Part shown: piece by piece, positions 62,725-64,000 of the stretch
Layout of the letters: each line of letters starts with the position of its first letter
Numbering within the stretch: the first letter of the stretch is position 1
DNA from: an uncultured Bacteroidales bacterium
GTDB lineage: Bacteria; Bacteroidota; Bacteroidia; Bacteroidales; Bacteroidaceae
Reading direction: 5' to 3'
Length of the DNA: 64,000 nucleotides
NCBI GenBank assembly: GCA_947303715.1
Contig: CAMYYY010000005.1
Span: forward strand, 15,124 to 79,123
The notes under the pieces: generated by a model
What the model was told of the DNA's origin: nothing
Databases searched by the model: none
The model's input: the letters and a program-made list of their open reading frames with translations, nothing else
Program-made: the position numbers and the translations under genes

Positions 62725-64000
62725 TCGATTAAAACCTTGACGCCTTCAGGCGAGTTTTCAAACTGCAGGTGCAGCACGTGCTCTTTCGCTGCCCAACTGA
62801 ATTGACAGGGAGTGGCGTCGGTGGTGACGTTCCGCGGCTTCTTGGGGAGGAGTATCGCCATTACATTATCCGTGTTTGCAGGACTTTTCGCTACGAACGA
62901 ATAGGAGTGCTTTGTCCTCACTTCGTCTGTCTGGCGCGAGGCAGCGGCCATCACCTGCGGCTGTCGTCTGTTAGCAACCTTGGCGACGTCGAAGAGGAAT
63001 GCTTGTTCGCCTGGATGGACGATTTTCTCCTTGACGAGGGGTAGCGTGGGGTCGAATAGGTCGATGTACGTTCCACGGAGTGTCAGGGGCTCGTCGGTGA
63101 CGCCTTCGTCCACCACGGCTGACAGCACGTAGCAGCCCCTTTCTAACACAAACGAATTCTTGTATTCGAGTTGTCCGTATGCTTGCTCAACGGCGGCCAG
63201 CAGGGGAGCATCGGCACGGGCGTTGTGGTTTATCACGAATTCCTTGGGGTCTTGGCGGATTACACGGATTGTTCCTTTCCCATACTGATAGACGTCATCC
63301 GTTGGCTGCTCGCCCATCTGCATCAGAGTGAAGAGGTGATCTGAAGGGGCGGAGAAATGATACTCTCCTTGATTCCACCACTCCATGACGTGCTGGAAGG
63401 CATCGTCGTCGCGTCCGCAGTAGATGAGGTGTCCACCCTCGTGCACCCATCGTGCAATGTCCTCATGAGCCTTGGGTCTTGAAGGTTTCAGGTTTGAATA
63501 GCTCATTAACAATACGCTGACGTCCTTCCAAGTGTCGCTGTAGCCTGTATTTTCCAGATGGGTTATGCTGATGGGAATGCCTCGTTTGACCAACGGCAGG
63601 GCGAGGCCATAGAAGTTTGACAGTTGCGGGTCGTCATAGCCCTCTACGGGAGTTGGCGAACGTTGGAACATCAGCGAATTAGCCATCAGCACGCTGATAC
63701 CCTGCGACCCGCTCACCTTGTTCGTCGACAGCGGCATCTCGCCAAGAGCATTCACCATCACCTGCATCTGAGTGGAATAGAAGCGGGGGATGTGGGCGCG
63801 CTCCTCGCTGTCACGGCTTACTCGATAGAGGCCTTCGTAGATGCGGTCGGGCCAAGGCATAATCTCGTAGTCGGCAATCTGCGGGTAGAGCAGCTGGGCT
63901 GTGAAGGTGGCCTGATAGTTGCGGCGGTAGTCTTCCCAGTCCTTGGCACGGTCCTCGATTGGGTCGGTCAGGAAAAACATCTTTCGGCCCGTGGGGCGGG
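62718..64000 (-). CDS. Hypothetical protein (possibly glycan-related); 5' end probably beyond window
   Basis: The track gives 62718-63980 (420 aa), but the frame stays open to base 64000. No family recognised. It is adjacent to the GH cluster. Confidence 0.45.
   Translation of the reverse strand, partial: RPTGRKMFFLTDPIEDRAKDWEDYRRNYQATFTAQLLYPQIADYEIMPWPDRIYEGLYRVSRDSEERAHIPRFYSTQMQVMVNALGEMPLSTNKVSGSQGISVLMANSLMFQRSPTPVEGYDDPQLSNFYGLALPLVKRGIPISITHLENTGYSDTWKDVSVLLMSYSNLKPSRPKAHEDIARWVHEGGHLIYCGRDDDAFQHVMEWWNQGEYHFSAPSDHLFTLMQMGEQPTDDVYQYGKGTIRVIRQDPKEFVINHNARADAPLLAAVEQAYGQLEYKNSFVLERGCYVLSAVVDEGVTDEPLTLRGTYIDLFDPTLPLVKEKIVHPGEQAFLFDVAKVANRRQPQVMAAASRQTDEVRTKHSYSFVAKSPANTDNVMAILLPKKPRNVTTDATPCQFSWAAKEHVLHLQFENSPEGVKVLIEW

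Overview
This is a 64-kb chromosomal window from a high-GC Bacteroidales genome, probably Prevotellaceae. Supporting signs are Bacteroides-type promoters (-33 TTTG, -7 TAnnTTTG), T9SS C-terminal sorting domains, lptC/gldE-type synteny, Bacteroidales-type HU-like genes and a DUF3987 remnant. About 55 genes can be supported. They include two RND efflux loci, a queF-queC-yhhQ operon with a likely preQ1-I riboswitch, secA, and glycoside hydrolases of families GH30, GH3, GH31 and GH13. There is also a secreted ADP-ribosylglycohydrolase-GH92 fusion, a DUF4105/alkaline-phosphatase pair, two membrane LytTR regulators and a MerR-linked cluster.

The clearly accessory segment is about 46.2-54.9 kb. It holds three tandem HU-like paralogs and a visibly AT-rich island at about 48.4-52.7 kb, followed by a decayed XRE gene, two hypothetical genes and a 5'-truncated DUF3987 helicase-like gene. 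The island carries a translationally coupled pair, a membrane-anchored DUF559/Vsr-like nuclease plus an AbiH-family protein. It also carries a Schlafen/AlbA_2-type ATPase regulator. The nuclease-AbiH pair is my best candidate for an undescribed (defence) system.

This segment is partitioned by five arrays of an 8-mer repeat (GGTAWCAC)n. They include a 40-bp inverted-repeat structure and a 26-bp perfect direct repeat.

The window is also unusually rich in intergenic repeat families:
- a dispersed and tandemly amplified promoter cassette
- three arrays of exactly four 21-bp-phased motifs
- AT-rich heptamer spacers
- several palindromic REP/MITE-like elements, one of which appears to encode signal peptides

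No rRNA, tRNA, CRISPR array, integrase or transposase was seen. Non-coding coordinates were counted by hand and may be off by 1-3 nt. No database search or GC calculation could be run.
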